Positions 1 to 10,024 of a DNA stretch of 64,000 bases are shown piece after piece. The position numbers and the translations under genes were made by a program. Every line of letters starts with the position of its first letter. Position 1 is the first letter of the stretch. Origin of the DNA: Chlamydiota bacterium. GTDB taxonomy: Bacteria > Chlamydiota > Chlamydiia > Chlamydiales > RGXB01. A model generated the notes under the pieces. It was not told the origin of the DNA. It made no database searches and saw only the letters and a program-made list of their open reading frames with translations. The stretch is from positions 61,016-125,015 of the forward strand of contig CANLTW010000003.1 in the NCBI GenBank assembly GCA_947494155.1, written 5' to 3'.

Positions 1-544
1 GGACCTCGTCAAGCGCCTCTTTGGAGAGAATTGCAAGATTTTCTTTTAAAGCGGCGGCATCCATCTCCGGATGAATCGGGATTTTTTTTATAAGATAGAC
101 TGGTCCGGTGTCCATCCCGATATCCATTTTCATCACACTGATACCTGTTTCTGTCTCTCCTGCTAAAATAGCCCGTTCGATTGGGGCAGCTCCCCTGTAG
201 TAGGGGAGAATGGAGGTGTGAAGATTGATTGGACCAAGCTTAGGAATGTCCAGTAGGTTTTTTCGCAAGATGTGCCCATACGCGAAAACCACAAAAAGAT
301 CGGGATTCAATGACTGCATCGCTGCAACAAAGCTATCTTCTTTTGGGCTTACCGGATCGTAGACATGAACTCCCAACTCCAAAGCCCGTTTTTTTACTGC
401 AGTCATCGTTAAGCTGCCCCCTCTTTCTCTGGGTTTGTCGGGCATGGTAACTACAGCGACTAGGTCGTGGTGTTTATGAACATATTCCAATGTGGGCAGT
501 GCGATATCAGCAGTGGCAAATAATACGATTTTAAACATACCCAT
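1..544 (-). CDS. fmt: Methionyl-tRNA formyltransferase (3' part runs off the window start)
   Basis: Manual minus-strand translation gives MGMFKIVLFATADIA...LFVVFAYGHIL...INLHTSILPYYRGAAPIERAI...MDIGMDTGPV. It has the HxSxLPxYRGAAP motif and follows lpxA as in chlamydiae. Start ATG at 544 or 538. Confidence 0.93.
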   Translation of the reverse strand, partial: MGMFKIVLFATADIALPTLEYVHKHHDLVAVVTMPDKPRERGGSLTMTAVKKRALELGVHVYDPVSPKEDSFVAAMQSLNPDLFVVFAYGHILRKNLLDIPKLGPINLHTSILPYYRGAAPIERAILAGETETGISVMKMDIGMDTGPVYLIKKIPIHPEMDAAALKENLAILSKEALDEV

Positions 545-611
545 TTAGGGTAAATTATGTGCAGATATAGGAGCAAGATAGAATCTTACCTTAAAAAAGG
601 GTTTGTCGAAT

Positions 612-1427
612 CTAGCAGGGCGCTGGCTCTAGTTGTGCGGCCCGTTTATACCCAGCGTACCCCCGCTTAGTTTGAGCGGAAAAAAATTCTACCCACAGTC
701 TTACATCCTCATCCTCTAGAGAAAATTCTCTAGTGATATTCTGAATTGCAGCTTCCAAGGAGAGGTCTGTGCGGTAGATCCACTTAAAAAGCTTTCCTAG
801 TTTGACTGTTCTTTCCAGGTCAAACTCCCTGCGTCTCAACCCTACCAGGTTAATACCGCCAACTTTGAAGTCGGAACCACCCCCAATCAGGAATGGGCCT
901 AAATCCCCATCGAGCCTCGACATGCCTCCACACATCGCGTGAGCACCAATGCGGGTAAATTGATGTACAGGAGTGAATCCACCAACAATAGCATAATTCC
1001 CCACGTCTACATGACCTGCCAAAGAGACGTTGTTGGATAAAATAACATTATTTCCCAGTGTGCAGTTGTGAGCGACGTGAACATACGCCATCAAAAGGCA
1101 GTTGTCTCCGATACGCACAGCAGTCCCCTCGCCGCAGGAGCTATTTACAGTAACGCATTCCCTTATTTCACAATTCTTTCCTATGAAAACAAAGGTTTTT
1201 TCCCCTTTATATTTGAGATCCTGGGGTTTGGCGCCGATGCTGGCAAATTGAAAAACTACTGTCCCCTGACCAATAGTTGTGTGCCCCTCCACGACCACGT
1301 GAGATCGAAGGACAACACCCTCTTTAAGGTGGACATCTGGGCCAACAATAGAGTACGGGCCAATTTCTACCCCCTCTGCAATCTTTGCGTCTGGGTGAAC
1401 GACGGCTGTTGGATGAATGGTTGCCAT
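612..1427 (-). CDS. lpxA: UDP-N-acetylglucosamine O-acyltransferase LpxA
   Basis: Hexapeptide repeats, PQDLKY, HVAHNC, LAGHV, HQF motifs; located in lpxC-fabZ-lpxA. Confidence 0.97.
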   Translation of the reverse strand: MATIHPTAVVHPDAKIAEGVEIGPYSIVGPDVHLKEGVVLRSHVVVEGHTTIGQGTVVFQFASIGAKPQDLKYKGEKTFVFIGKNCEIRECVTVNSSCGEGTAVRIGDNCLLMAYVHVAHNCTLGNNVILSNNVSLAGHVDVGNYAIVGGFTPVHQFTRIGAHAMCGGMSRLDGDLGPFLIGGGSDFKVGGINLVGLRRREFDLERTVKLGKLFKWIYRTDLSLEAAIQNITREFSLEDEDVRLWVEFFSAQTKRGYAGYKRAAQLEPAPC

Positions 1428-1438
1428 TATAGCCCTTT

Positions 1439-1942
1439 TTAAATGTGGTTATCTTTATGTGATTGCGTCCGAAATTCGGGATGGATGCCAAAGCTAATCC
1501 CTGCATCGACAACTACTTCGTTATTTACAAAAGCCTTAGCTTCACACTTCCCCCCCCTTTGAGACAAAAATGTAGCTTGCACCTCAATCATCAACACATC
1601 GCCTGGCGTGACGGGGCGCCGAAAACGGGCATCATAGACACTCATCAGCACTTTCAACCCCTTTATCCCCTTTTTGTGCATCAAAATACCACCTACCTGA
1701 GCCATCGCCTCAATGATGAGTACTCCTGGCATGATCGGCTTGCTGGGGAAGTGTCCAGTAAAAAACTGCTCATTGATCGTCACATTTTTTTGACCTATGA
1801 TGCGATTGTTTTCGAGATCAATATCCAAAATACGATCTACGAGTAAAAAAGGATAGGAGTGGGGCAAAATACGGATGATCTCATCAATATCTATTGCGTG
1901 TGTGCCCACTCCTGAACTAATTGTGGAGTTTGATGTACCCAT
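1439..1942 (-). CDS. fabZ: 3-hydroxyacyl-ACP dehydratase FabZ
   Basis: LPHSYPFLLVD, FFTGHFP, MPGVLIIEAMAQ motifs. Confidence 0.97.
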   Translation of the reverse strand: MGTSNSTISSGVGTHAIDIDEIIRILPHSYPFLLVDRILDIDLENNRIIGQKNVTINEQFFTGHFPSKPIMPGVLIIEAMAQVGGILMHKKGIKGLKVLMSVYDARFRRPVTPGDVLMIEVQATFLSQRGGKCEAKAFVNNEVVVDAGISFGIHPEFRTQSHKDNHI

Positions 1943-2814
1943 TCTAAAACTTTTTCTTCTATCAGTTGTGCCAGTTTCGTTGTTTGTGTGTGACCCGATT
2001 TATCACCATGGTAGTGGGCTATTACGTCGTACCCTATAAGACATAAATCACCAATCATATCCAGAGCCTTATGACGGGCCATCTCGTTGGAAAATCTCAA
2101 CCCACCCTCGTTGATCACTCTGCCCTCTTTGACAATAATCCCGTTCTCCAGGCTCCCCCCTTTGATGAAACCTTTCTCCAATAAGGGTTGGATCTCGTCA
2201 TAGCTACTGAAAGTACGACAACCACAGACCTGCTTAGTGTATCTCTCCTGATTGAATCTGATCAGGTACTCTTGATGCTCAAGTACTCCCGTAGCATCAT
2301 AGTGTAAAAGATAGGAAAAAGTTAAATCCTCACACGGTGTAGCGCGCACAGTTGTCCCATTAGAGACAACCTCAATCGGTTCCAAAATTTTGAATATGGG
2401 CTTTTGGGCTGCTAAAGAGACCGTTTTTGCCTCAATAAAGGAGCGTACAAACTGTTGAGAGCTACCGTCAAAAATCGGGACTTCCGGACCATCTATCTCG
2501 ACAATAAGATTGTCAATTCCTAAACCGTAAATAGCCGAAAGTAGATGTTCTACCAACTGCACAGTGATCCCGTTTTCCCCAATTACTGTGCATCTGGGGG
2601 TGGAGACTACAGAGGAGGCCCTTGCTTTGATGCAGGGTTTGTCTAATAAATCCACACGTCTGAAAATGATTCCCGTGTCTGGGAGGGCAGGTAAAAATCT
2701 GCACCGGACAATTTTTCCCGTAAAGAGGGCCACGCCAGTGAGCTCAAATACGTTTAGAATTGTTGTTTGTGGTCTTGAACCGACCTGTTTTACAATCGAG
2801 CTTTGGTCTCGCAA
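1891..2814 (-). CDS. lpxC: UDP-3-O-acyl-GlcNAc deacetylase LpxC
   Basis: VEHLLSA, EVPIFDGS, RHKALDMIGDL zinc motifs. Confidence 0.96.
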   Translation of the reverse strand: MRDQSSIVKQVGSRPQTTILNVFELTGVALFTGKIVRCRFLPALPDTGIIFRRVDLLDKPCIKARASSVVSTPRCTVIGENGITVQLVEHLLSAIYGLGIDNLIVEIDGPEVPIFDGSSQQFVRSFIEAKTVSLAAQKPIFKILEPIEVVSNGTTVRATPCEDLTFSYLLHYDATGVLEHQEYLIRFNQERYTKQVCGCRTFSSYDEIQPLLEKGFIKGGSLENGIIVKEGRVINEGGLRFSNEMARHKALDMIGDLCLIGYDVIAHYHGDKSGHTQTTKLAQLIEEKVLEWVHQTPQLVQEWAHTQ

Positions 2815-2898
2815 GATGTCACCTTCTTACAACGAAATACTAAACTCAGCCGAAAAATTCGGCCTTTTTCAAGAATTTACCCTTGAATCTCTTTTTGT

Positions 2899-4389
2899 TC
2901 AATCTCTTCTTGGTCTCATCCTGTAGTTTTTTTCGAATTTTTCCCGAAATCCCCAGATAAATAATAAAAAAGCGATAAAAACGAAAATACGATCTTGAAG
3001 ATACGGATAGAGTGTAAGATTTTTAGACAGGGTAATCGAAAAAGTTTTTACACCCTCTCCAGGTGGAAAAAAAGCGTACTCCCCGTCAGGAAGTGTATAT
3101 CCAGAGAAACCTCCGTTTGCCGTCCTTATCGAGGGCAATCCGGTCTCAATCGATCTCAGTAGGGTTTGACGAAAATGATTTGTTTTAAAATCATCATTTT
3201 GAAACCAAATATCATTATGGATTGATACAATCAGATCTGCCCCTTTTTTGGAAAAAACATTTGAATCAGATCCAAAATAGTCATCATAACAAATATTGAT
3301 CCCGTAGAGGTATTTTCCTTTTAAAAGACCCTTTTTTTTACCGGCCAAAAAGTCCCCGGCCCCCAAACCCGATTTGAAAGAATCGGGCAAGAAATCCCAG
3401 GATTTTTCCATAACCGACATAAGTCGATTTTTGTCATACCGCCCCACAACCTCCCCTTTGTGCACAAGCGTTGCGACATTGAAATGTTTTCCATTTTCAC
3501 CCGGGTAGATATGACCTACAATCACATCTATATTTTTATTGAACGAGAGATTGATAATCGCCGATTCCAAGCTATAACAATCCAAGAGCTCTCCCATCGT
3601 CATCCCATCGGGATATTTTAAAAAGTATTTAGTGGGAAGACTTGTCTCACTGAATACGAGTAGATCAAGGTCTTTAACCCCCTTAAGCCAGGTCAAATAT
3701 TTTTCTAGGTACAATTTATCATCCATCCCCCATGGATCGCGGGCCGTCTGTACTACACCGACTCTAATCTTGGATTCGGTCGTCTTGAATTGGGGGACAA
3801 ATAAAAGAGTTACAATTATAGAGAGTGCCCTGTAGTTTGCTCTTTTTTTAGGATTGTCAAAGAGAAGCAAACTCACCAAAAGGAGTAAAAGCGTTGCCCC
3901 AAAGACCCCCGTAAATGCGAAAATTTTGTCGAGCATGGGGAATTTTTCTAAAAAGGAGGAAACCGTATAGAAATTATAGCCGCATAAAAAAAAGGATCGA
4001 TGATACTCCAATAGAGTCCAAAGCCCGATAAATCCAAAAATTTTTTTCTTTTGCTGCAATGACGAGGCAAGATTGACAGCCACAAGAGATTGCATTGCAA
4101 TCCACAGCGAAAAAAACAGGGTAAGAAAAGGGCCAAAATAGAATAAATAGGTCGCATCTTGGGGTACGCTTAAATCTTTCATCCAGAGATTTTGGCACAA
4201 AGAAAAACTGAAAAAAAATCCGAATGTAAACAGAGGTTTCTTTTCTAAATTGAGTGAACAACTTAAAACATAAAGAAAAGAACCAGCGGCTACAGCCCCA
4301 AAAAAAGCAGGTTGGCTTTCACAAGAAAACCAACCAAGAATTCCACCTAGTAAACAGTGGCAAAAAAAAAGGGAGATCGATTCTTTCAA
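2899..4389 (-). CDS. lnt: Apolipoprotein N-acyltransferase
   Basis: N-terminal TM helices plus nitrilase-fold motifs (FSET, YDKNRL, ICYDD, ND.WF, R.ANGG.S); upstream of lpxC as in chlamydiae. Confidence 0.88.
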   Translation of the reverse strand: MKESISLFFCHCLLGGILGWFSCESQPAFFGAVAAGSFLYVLSCSLNLEKKPLFTFGFFFSFSLCQNLWMKDLSVPQDATYLFYFGPFLTLFFSLWIAMQSLVAVNLASSLQQKKKIFGFIGLWTLLEYHRSFFLCGYNFYTVSSFLEKFPMLDKIFAFTGVFGATLLLLLVSLLLFDNPKKRANYRALSIIVTLLFVPQFKTTESKIRVGVVQTARDPWGMDDKLYLEKYLTWLKGVKDLDLLVFSETSLPTKYFLKYPDGMTMGELLDCYSLESAIINLSFNKNIDVIVGHIYPGENGKHFNVATLVHKGEVVGRYDKNRLMSVMEKSWDFLPDSFKSGLGAGDFLAGKKKGLLKGKYLYGINICYDDYFGSDSNVFSKKGADLIVSIHNDIWFQNDDFKTNHFRQTLLRSIETGLPSIRTANGGFSGYTLPDGEYAFFPPGEGVKTFSITLSKNLTLYPYLQDRIFVFIAFLLFIWGFREKFEKNYRMRPRRD

Positions 4390-4416
4390 AATGTACCGTG
4401 CCCTTTTTTAAAAAAT

Positions 4417-4899
4417 TTAAACTCGATCATCCATGTGATGGCTGTCTTGCTGGCAGTGGCAAATATGGCAGCAGCATCCACCGGTAAATAATAGAGCGCC
4501 CCCTATTAAAGCCAAATTTTTGCTGAAATCACTAAGCATCGGAAAAAGGCTTGCGGCATCTGCAAACCAAAAAGGATGCATTAAAATATTTACTGGGACC
4601 AAGAAGAGGATCAACAGCCATGCAGCGAGGCGTGTACGGATCCCAAAAAGCAAAAGAACGCCACCAACACCTTCAAGTAAGCTAGCTAGAATCATTAGAA
4701 AAAGCTCTGCTTGTTGCAACATCCCAATAAAAGAACCTAAAAAACTACCCCCCACCTCATTTTTCCACATGGATAATGCCTGGGACAGACTCTCCATCGA
4801 GGCCTGCCAATTCACCATCTTTAATACACAAAATATTATAAAAGGTAAGGCAAAGAAAATCCGCCCTAGTTGATATAAAAATTTGTTCCCTTTACACAT
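4417..4899 (-). CDS. DoxX-family membrane protein with Cys/His-rich C-tail
   Basis: LGRIFFAL, E..GG.LLLFG..TR.AA, HPFW, KNLALIGG motifs. Confidence 0.85.
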   Translation of the reverse strand: MCKGNKFLYQLGRIFFALPFIIFCVLKMVNWQASMESLSQALSMWKNEVGGSFLGSFIGMLQQAELFLMILASLLEGVGGVLLLFGIRTRLAAWLLILFLVPVNILMHPFWFADAASLFPMLSDFSKNLALIGGALLFTGGCCCHICHCQQDSHHMDDRV

Positions 4900-4972
4900 A
4901 CATACTCCTATAGAATATAAAACCCTTTTGCCCTAAAATTATTCTCTCATCAATCGGGCTAAAGTTGACATA

Positions 4973-6097
4973 ATGAATTTATTTTGCTTGTACCACATAG
5001 AACAATTTTTTTTACAACATGATCCTAAAAGATTTAGATTAGATCTAAGTTTGAAAACCTATTTTAAAAAAAATTCTGCCCTAGGATCTAAAGATCGGAA
5101 AGTGTTGGGAAATTTTGCCTATAAACTTTGTCGCTATGAAACCCTCATCGAACATGTTCTTCAGGTGAAAAAACTTGACCCCCAAAATATTCGGGAAATC
5201 GATGCCTTTGACCCCCAAAAACACCTGAATGACCCCTCAATTCCCCTGCACATCCGTTATGGGTTTGACAAAAATTTTCTTGAATTTTTACAAAATAGCC
5301 TGACCGAAAAAGACTTCTTGGTTTTTTTAAGCTCTATCCACCAAGAGGCTCCCCTTTATGCCCGCTCCAACCCTTTAAAAATCTCTCGCAGCGATCTTGT
5401 TTCTCTTCTTCAAAACCATTTTCCTGTTCAAGCTACCGAGCTATCCCCTTACGGTATCCGATTTGAAAAAAGGGAAAATTTTGGAGCCCTTGACCCGTTT
5501 AAACAGGGTTTGATGGAGATACAGGATGAGGCAAGCCAACTTATAGCAATTCATTTAGACCCTAAACCCAAAGAGGCGGTTTGCGATTTTTGCGCCGGTT
5601 CAGGGGGGAAAAGTCTTTTGATTGGGGCTTTGATGCAAAATCAGGGACAGCTTTTTCTTCATGATGTGCGAGAAAAAGCCCTGATTGAGGCAAAAAAAAG
5701 ACTCAAGCGTGCGGGGGTGCAAAATTACCAAATCCTCAGCTCCCCCTCTTCGAAAAAACAATTCTTTTCCTATTTTGATCGCGTTTTATTGGACGTCCCT
5801 TGCTCAGGAAGCGGCACATTAAGAAGAAATCCCGATATGAAAGAGAGGCTTCGGGTTAAAGATATTCATGAACTCATCAATTTACAAAGAGAGATCTTTT
5901 CAAAGGCGTTTTTGTTGGTCAAATCCAAAGGGGTAATTTTGTATGCAACGTGCAGCGTTCTTAAGGAGGAAAATGAAGAGCAAATCGAATTCTTTTGCCA
6001 AAACTACCCTGTAAAAAAAGCAGGCCCCCCGTTTCAAACAATTCCTACAGATCAAGGGCCAGACGGTTTTTTCTGCCAGTTGCTTGAACGGGAATAA
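4973..6097 (+). CDS. rsmB: RsmB/NOP-family RNA m5C methyltransferase
   Basis: QDEASQ, DFCAGSGGKS, DVPCSGSG, YATCS motifs. Confidence 0.88.
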   Translation: MNLFCLYHIEQFFLQHDPKRFRLDLSLKTYFKKNSALGSKDRKVLGNFAYKLCRYETLIEHVLQVKKLDPQNIREIDAFDPQKHLNDPSIPLHIRYGFDKNFLEFLQNSLTEKDFLVFLSSIHQEAPLYARSNPLKISRSDLVSLLQNHFPVQATELSPYGIRFEKRENFGALDPFKQGLMEIQDEASQLIAIHLDPKPKEAVCDFCAGSGGKSLLIGALMQNQGQLFLHDVREKALIEAKKRLKRAGVQNYQILSSPSSKKQFFSYFDRVLLDVPCSGSGTLRRNPDMKERLRVKDIHELINLQREIFSKAFLLVKSKGVILYATCSVLKEENEEQIEFFCQNYPVKKAGPPFQTIPTDQGPDGFFCQLLERE

Positions 6098-6191
6098 TAA
6101 CCCTTGTTTAGACCTATAACAACCTCCCTTATAAGGGTCTTAAGTGGAGCTGATTGCTCAAAAAATCGCTCCTTTGCTACGATGCATTCCT

Positions 6192-7259
6192 ATGCGTATC
6201 CAAATCAAATACTTTTTAGCCCTTTTACTACCTTTAGCGACCCTAAAAGGGATTTCAAAAGAGAGCTCTTTTCACAAACTTAAATCAGTAAAGACTAAAA
6301 TTGCGGTGAATAATATTCCCCTTGCGAAAGTCAACGGGCGGATTATTTCGCTTGCCGATGTCGTTAAAGAGCTCGATATGCGCATGTACCTGCATAGCCC
6401 CGACGAGTACAAAAACGTCAACAACCGCTTTGGATTTTATAAAGAAAGCTGGAAAAGACAGCTTGACGAACTGATTTTACTCGAATTTCTTAAAAAAGAG
6501 GCAGAAGAAAAAAAGATTAAAATTACCGATGCGGACATTCGTCAAGAGCTTGTAAGCCGCTATGGCAGCGATATGATCAACAAGCTTCATGAAGCGAATC
6601 TCACCTACGAAGATGCCAAAAATTCGGTAAAAAATGACATCTTAACGCAACAGATGAACTGGTTCGGTTTTGTGAATAAAATTTTTTACAAGGTTGGACC
6701 TCAAACTCTGAAAAATGCCTATGATGAATTTGTGTCGATGAATCCGGGGAACGAAACATGGAAATACCAATTCCTCACAGTTCGGGTAAAAAACAAAGAC
6801 AAGGCGGACCAAATTGCGTTCAAGATTAAAGCGTTGGATCCTACAACCTTCCCCAACCTCCAAGCATTTAAAGAGTCTCTAACCTCGCTTTTCTCCAAGG
6901 AAGAGGACTTCAGAATCAGTTTAACGGATGAACTAAATGTGGAGGATAAATCCATAGCCCCCTCTCACAAATCTATTCTAGCAAACATGCCTATGGAGAC
7001 GTTAAGCTCCCCATCGTTCGTTCAGCAAAATAACGAACACGTGATCCGCGTCTTCTTTTTGAAAGATCATATCAAGTCTGAACCCATGCCCTTTCAACAA
7101 ATGACCGAAAAACTGAAGTCTGAACTTATTGGGCGTATGGCTGAAAAGGAACGTGGTGTTTTTTTTCAAAAACTCAAGGAGAAGTATGGTTACAGCGATG
7201 ATCAACTCTACCTTGCCCTACCCGATGACTTCACACCTTTCTCTCTTAAAGAAGAATAA
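6192..7259 (+). CDS. SurA/PrsA-like periplasmic chaperone (SurA N-domain, degenerate PPIase)
   Basis: Signal peptide MRIQIKYFLALLLPLATL; LAKVNGRIIS and EAEEKKIKITDADI are SurA N-domain-like. The ORF is open from GTG 6144; ATG 6192 is preferred. Confidence 0.65.
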   Translation: MRIQIKYFLALLLPLATLKGISKESSFHKLKSVKTKIAVNNIPLAKVNGRIISLADVVKELDMRMYLHSPDEYKNVNNRFGFYKESWKRQLDELILLEFLKKEAEEKKIKITDADIRQELVSRYGSDMINKLHEANLTYEDAKNSVKNDILTQQMNWFGFVNKIFYKVGPQTLKNAYDEFVSMNPGNETWKYQFLTVRVKNKDKADQIAFKIKALDPTTFPNLQAFKESLTSLFSKEEDFRISLTDELNVEDKSIAPSHKSILANMPMETLSSPSFVQQNNEHVIRVFFLKDHIKSEPMPFQQMTEKLKSELIGRMAEKERGVFFQKLKEKYGYSDDQLYLALPDDFTPFSLKEE

Positions 7260-7294
7260 CTAGCTTTTTTGCTATATCCTTTCAAAGGGGCCTA

Positions 7295-8527
7295 TTAAGC
7301 CCCTATTTCTTGTCTCGTCGTTCTTTTAAAAATTATCCCTACCGAGACTAATAGTATAACAAAAAATAGAGCTTTAAACCTCTTCTCAACCCAAAAAGAG
7401 ACCCAGGTATGGGGCGCATCCCTAGATGCTACCAATACTTTTGTATCTAAAATCTTTCCGCTAGGTACGATTAACTGCACTTGCCCGAGGATTTCACCCT
7501 TTTTGATGGGGAGCTTAGCCTCAAAATACTCCACCTTCACCTCGATAGCATTCACAATGCTAGCAAAAGATTCGACCTTGAGATCCTCTAATAGATACAG
7601 TGGGAGGGTGTGTTTTGCATAGATAGGTTGAACAGAAAAACAGGGATCCAAGGCATTATAAAAAACCCTTGTAGTTTTTTTCTCGGCAAAAGCTGCGTTA
7701 AAAAGATTTGTTGCATCTATAAATCGCTCCAGAGGGGTTGCAGATTGCATCACAGCTACTACAACTGTTCGCTCTTTATTTTGTGCCGCCCCTACAAAGC
7801 AGTAACCTGCATTCTCTGTATAACCTGTTTTTCCTCCAAGACAATATTTGTATTGCAAACCGTTTTCGGATCTAAGTAAACGATTCGAGTTGTTTAATTC
7901 CCGATCGATTAGATCACCTGTTTCCATTTTATAAAAAACAGTGCCGATTATTTTTAAAAAATCGGGTTGTTTGATCCCATAGGAGAGCATTTTTGCAAGG
8001 TCGAGTGCCGTTGTCCTGTGCGCAGGATACTCGAGTCCACTGGGGTTCACATAAGTCGTTTCGGTGCAACCTAATGAGGTTAAAAAACGATTTAACCCAA
8101 TCATGAATTGCTCTATGGACTGCTCCCCTAAATGGTACGCTAAAACATTCGCAGCATCGTTTGCTGAAACTAAAGTAAGGGCGTGATAAAGATCCTCCAA
8201 GGAGTAATAGCTGTGGGGTACCAATCCGATCGTATATGCATCCGGTTCCAGAAGGTAGGGTAATACGGTGTAATTTCCTGCGATTTTCTGTTCTTTCGAA
8301 ATCGATCTCAAAAGCTCTGGCAAGACAACAACTAGCTCTTTTGGATCCCGATTACAATGCAGAGAGTAAAGAAGGGTAGCTATTTTTGTGGTACTTGCAG
8401 GGTGGATTTTCTGCTCCCCTTTTTTAGAGAAAAGAACTATTTCATGATCACAATCATAGACAAGTGCGACTTGGGAATGAGTCTTGGGCGCTGAAATTTG
8501 GGAATTTAGGGCTGAGAAGTTGATCAT
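7295..8527 (-). CDS. dacA: D-alanyl-D-alanine carboxypeptidase (peptidase S11, PBP6-like)
   Basis: PASTTK (SxxK), SAN (SxN), KTG motifs and a C-terminal TM anchor; true start uncertain. Confidence 0.9.
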   Translation of the reverse strand: MINFSALNSQISAPKTHSQVALVYDCDHEIVLFSKKGEQKIHPASTTKIATLLYSLHCNRDPKELVVVLPELLRSISKEQKIAGNYTVLPYLLEPDAYTIGLVPHSYYSLEDLYHALTLVSANDAANVLAYHLGEQSIEQFMIGLNRFLTSLGCTETTYVNPSGLEYPAHRTTALDLAKMLSYGIKQPDFLKIIGTVFYKMETGDLIDRELNNSNRLLRSENGLQYKYCLGGKTGYTENAGYCFVGAAQNKERTVVVAVMQSATPLERFIDATNLFNAAFAEKKTTRVFYNALDPCFSVQPIYAKHTLPLYLLEDLKVESFASIVNAIEVKVEYFEAKLPIKKGEILGQVQLIVPSGKILDTKVLVASRDAPHTWVSFWVEKRFKALFFVILLVSVGIIFKRTTRQEIGA

Positions 8528-8606
8528 AACCCAGAATAAAATCTTTTTCTTTAAAAATAAAAGTAGTCCTTCTATGGGAAAGGGAAAAATCTGATAAGGA
8601 TGAGGG

Positions 8607-9038
8607 ATGCCAAACCCTGGAAAACTAGAGCGCGCTTTCGAGGAATTTTTTTCTGATCTTTCTTTTTTTAACCACGATGGCATCATCAATATCGATCTTC
8701 CTCTTTTACGCGATCATAACCTTTTAAACTGTAACGATCAAGATCAAGATCTGCTACAGCAGCACCCTTTTTATTTTCACGTGATCGAGGAGGAGGATAA
8801 AGTAACTCTCTTCAATCATCAATTCGCAGTCTGGATAGTCCCACAACAAGGGGAAACAGACAAAGAAACACTCACTCTTATAGCGTATATCGAGGATGAA
8901 ACCCCGCTTTTAGACCTCGTTTTTAGAACTGCAGGGATCTATAATTCCCCAAAATATATTCTTAGGGCCTTGAGACATTTCTTAAAAGAGATTATGGACA
9001 ACGAAGATGTGCTCCAAAAAATGATCGAGGAATTCTAA
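8607..9038 (+). CDS. Conserved chlamydial hypothetical protein (sits between dacA and rsbW)
   Basis: 143-aa ORF with GAGG RBS. A small conserved gene occupies this position in Chlamydia. Confidence 0.7.
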   Translation: MPNPGKLERAFEEFFSDLSFFNHDGIINIDLPLLRDHNLLNCNDQDQDLLQQHPFYFHVIEEEDKVTLFNHQFAVWIVPQQGETDKETLTLIAYIEDETPLLDLVFRTAGIYNSPKYILRALRHFLKEIMDNEDVLQKMIEEF

Positions 9039-9077
9039 ACCCGACAAAAAAGAGATTTTTCCCTTTTTAAGCTTACG

Positions 9078-9452
9078 TTATGAGTTTTTTTTGGTTAGTT
9101 TAAGATGATTTTGGTCATTTCTTCTCTCGTAGGTGACAGAATCCATGAGGTGATTCACTATATAAATCCCAAACCCACCAGGTTCATCTATAGGTTTTTG
9201 GCGTCGGTACTCTAAAGGATTGAACTCTATACCCGTATCGATAAATTCAAACTCTACATCCTCTGCATTTTTGCGGAAAACAATCTCCACCTCTCCCTTT
9301 TTTTCGGGGTAAGCGTATGAGCAAATGTTGATGAATATCTCTTCAACACAAAGCTGAATTTGAGAGGAAGCAATCCCCGATTCGACCCAATCTAACACTT
9401 TAGGGTATTGGGATATATCAGCTGGAACTTTCAATCTCATTTCTCGAGACAT
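9078..9452 (-). CDS. rsbW: Anti-sigma factor Ser kinase RsbW
   Basis: HATPase_c_2 motifs EEIFINICSYAY, D.G..FNP, GGFGIYIV..LMD. Confidence 0.9.
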   Translation of the reverse strand: MSREMRLKVPADISQYPKVLDWVESGIASSQIQLCVEEIFINICSYAYPEKKGEVEIVFRKNAEDVEFEFIDTGIEFNPLEYRRQKPIDEPGGFGIYIVNHLMDSVTYERRNDQNHLKLTKKNS

Positions 9453-10024
9453 ACCCCTCCTAAATAAAGGGCAAGTTGTTTAGCAAGTTTTTTTTTGGCC
9501 AACCCGTAAGCTACATCATACGCACCATACTCAGAGTCAAACTGACCTAGAGAATATTCCACCAAAGGTTGGTTGTCGTACAGGGTATCTCTCAAAGTAT
9601 TCGGGTTGGTAAAATCAAAGTCGGCCGATGCAAATAGCCTTCTATTCTCGAATATACTCTTTAAATCATGTTTGTCAATAAGCGTGATTTTAGCACCCAA
9701 AACGGCCCTCCCTTCATTAGGAAACAGGCGATCCAGAATTTCCCCCGTTAAAGGCTGACGATCGTGTAAAAAACCGATAGTCTCTTTTCTTTGTTGATCT
9801 AGCGTAATTTCTACCAAATAGCGTCCATTTGAATGGACTACCCGGTACCCGGTTGCCCTTTGTAGCTCAAGGCGCATCTCCTCTTCAAATGCAGCAGAAG
9901 TGTAGGCACCCTTAAATGAGAGCTCTAATGTGGGTTGATTTTTCGGCTGGACAAATTGATACTGGCACCCTGAAAAAACAAACAGAGCGACCAGTACTAA
10001 ACGATTAGTGAACTTTTTGATCAC
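9437..10024 (-). CDS. lptE: LPS assembly lipoprotein LptE-like
   Basis: GTG at 10024 gives MIKKFTNRLVLVALFVFSG-C (lipobox followed by CQYQF); directly downstream of bamD. Confidence 0.65.
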   Translation of the reverse strand: MIKKFTNRLVLVALFVFSGCQYQFVQPKNQPTLELSFKGAYTSAAFEEEMRLELQRATGYRVVHSNGRYLVEITLDQQRKETIGFLHDRQPLTGEILDRLFPNEGRAVLGAKITLIDKHDLKSIFENRRLFASADFDFTNPNTLRDTLYDNQPLVEYSLGQFDSEYGAYDVAYGLAKKKLAKQLALYLGGVCLEK

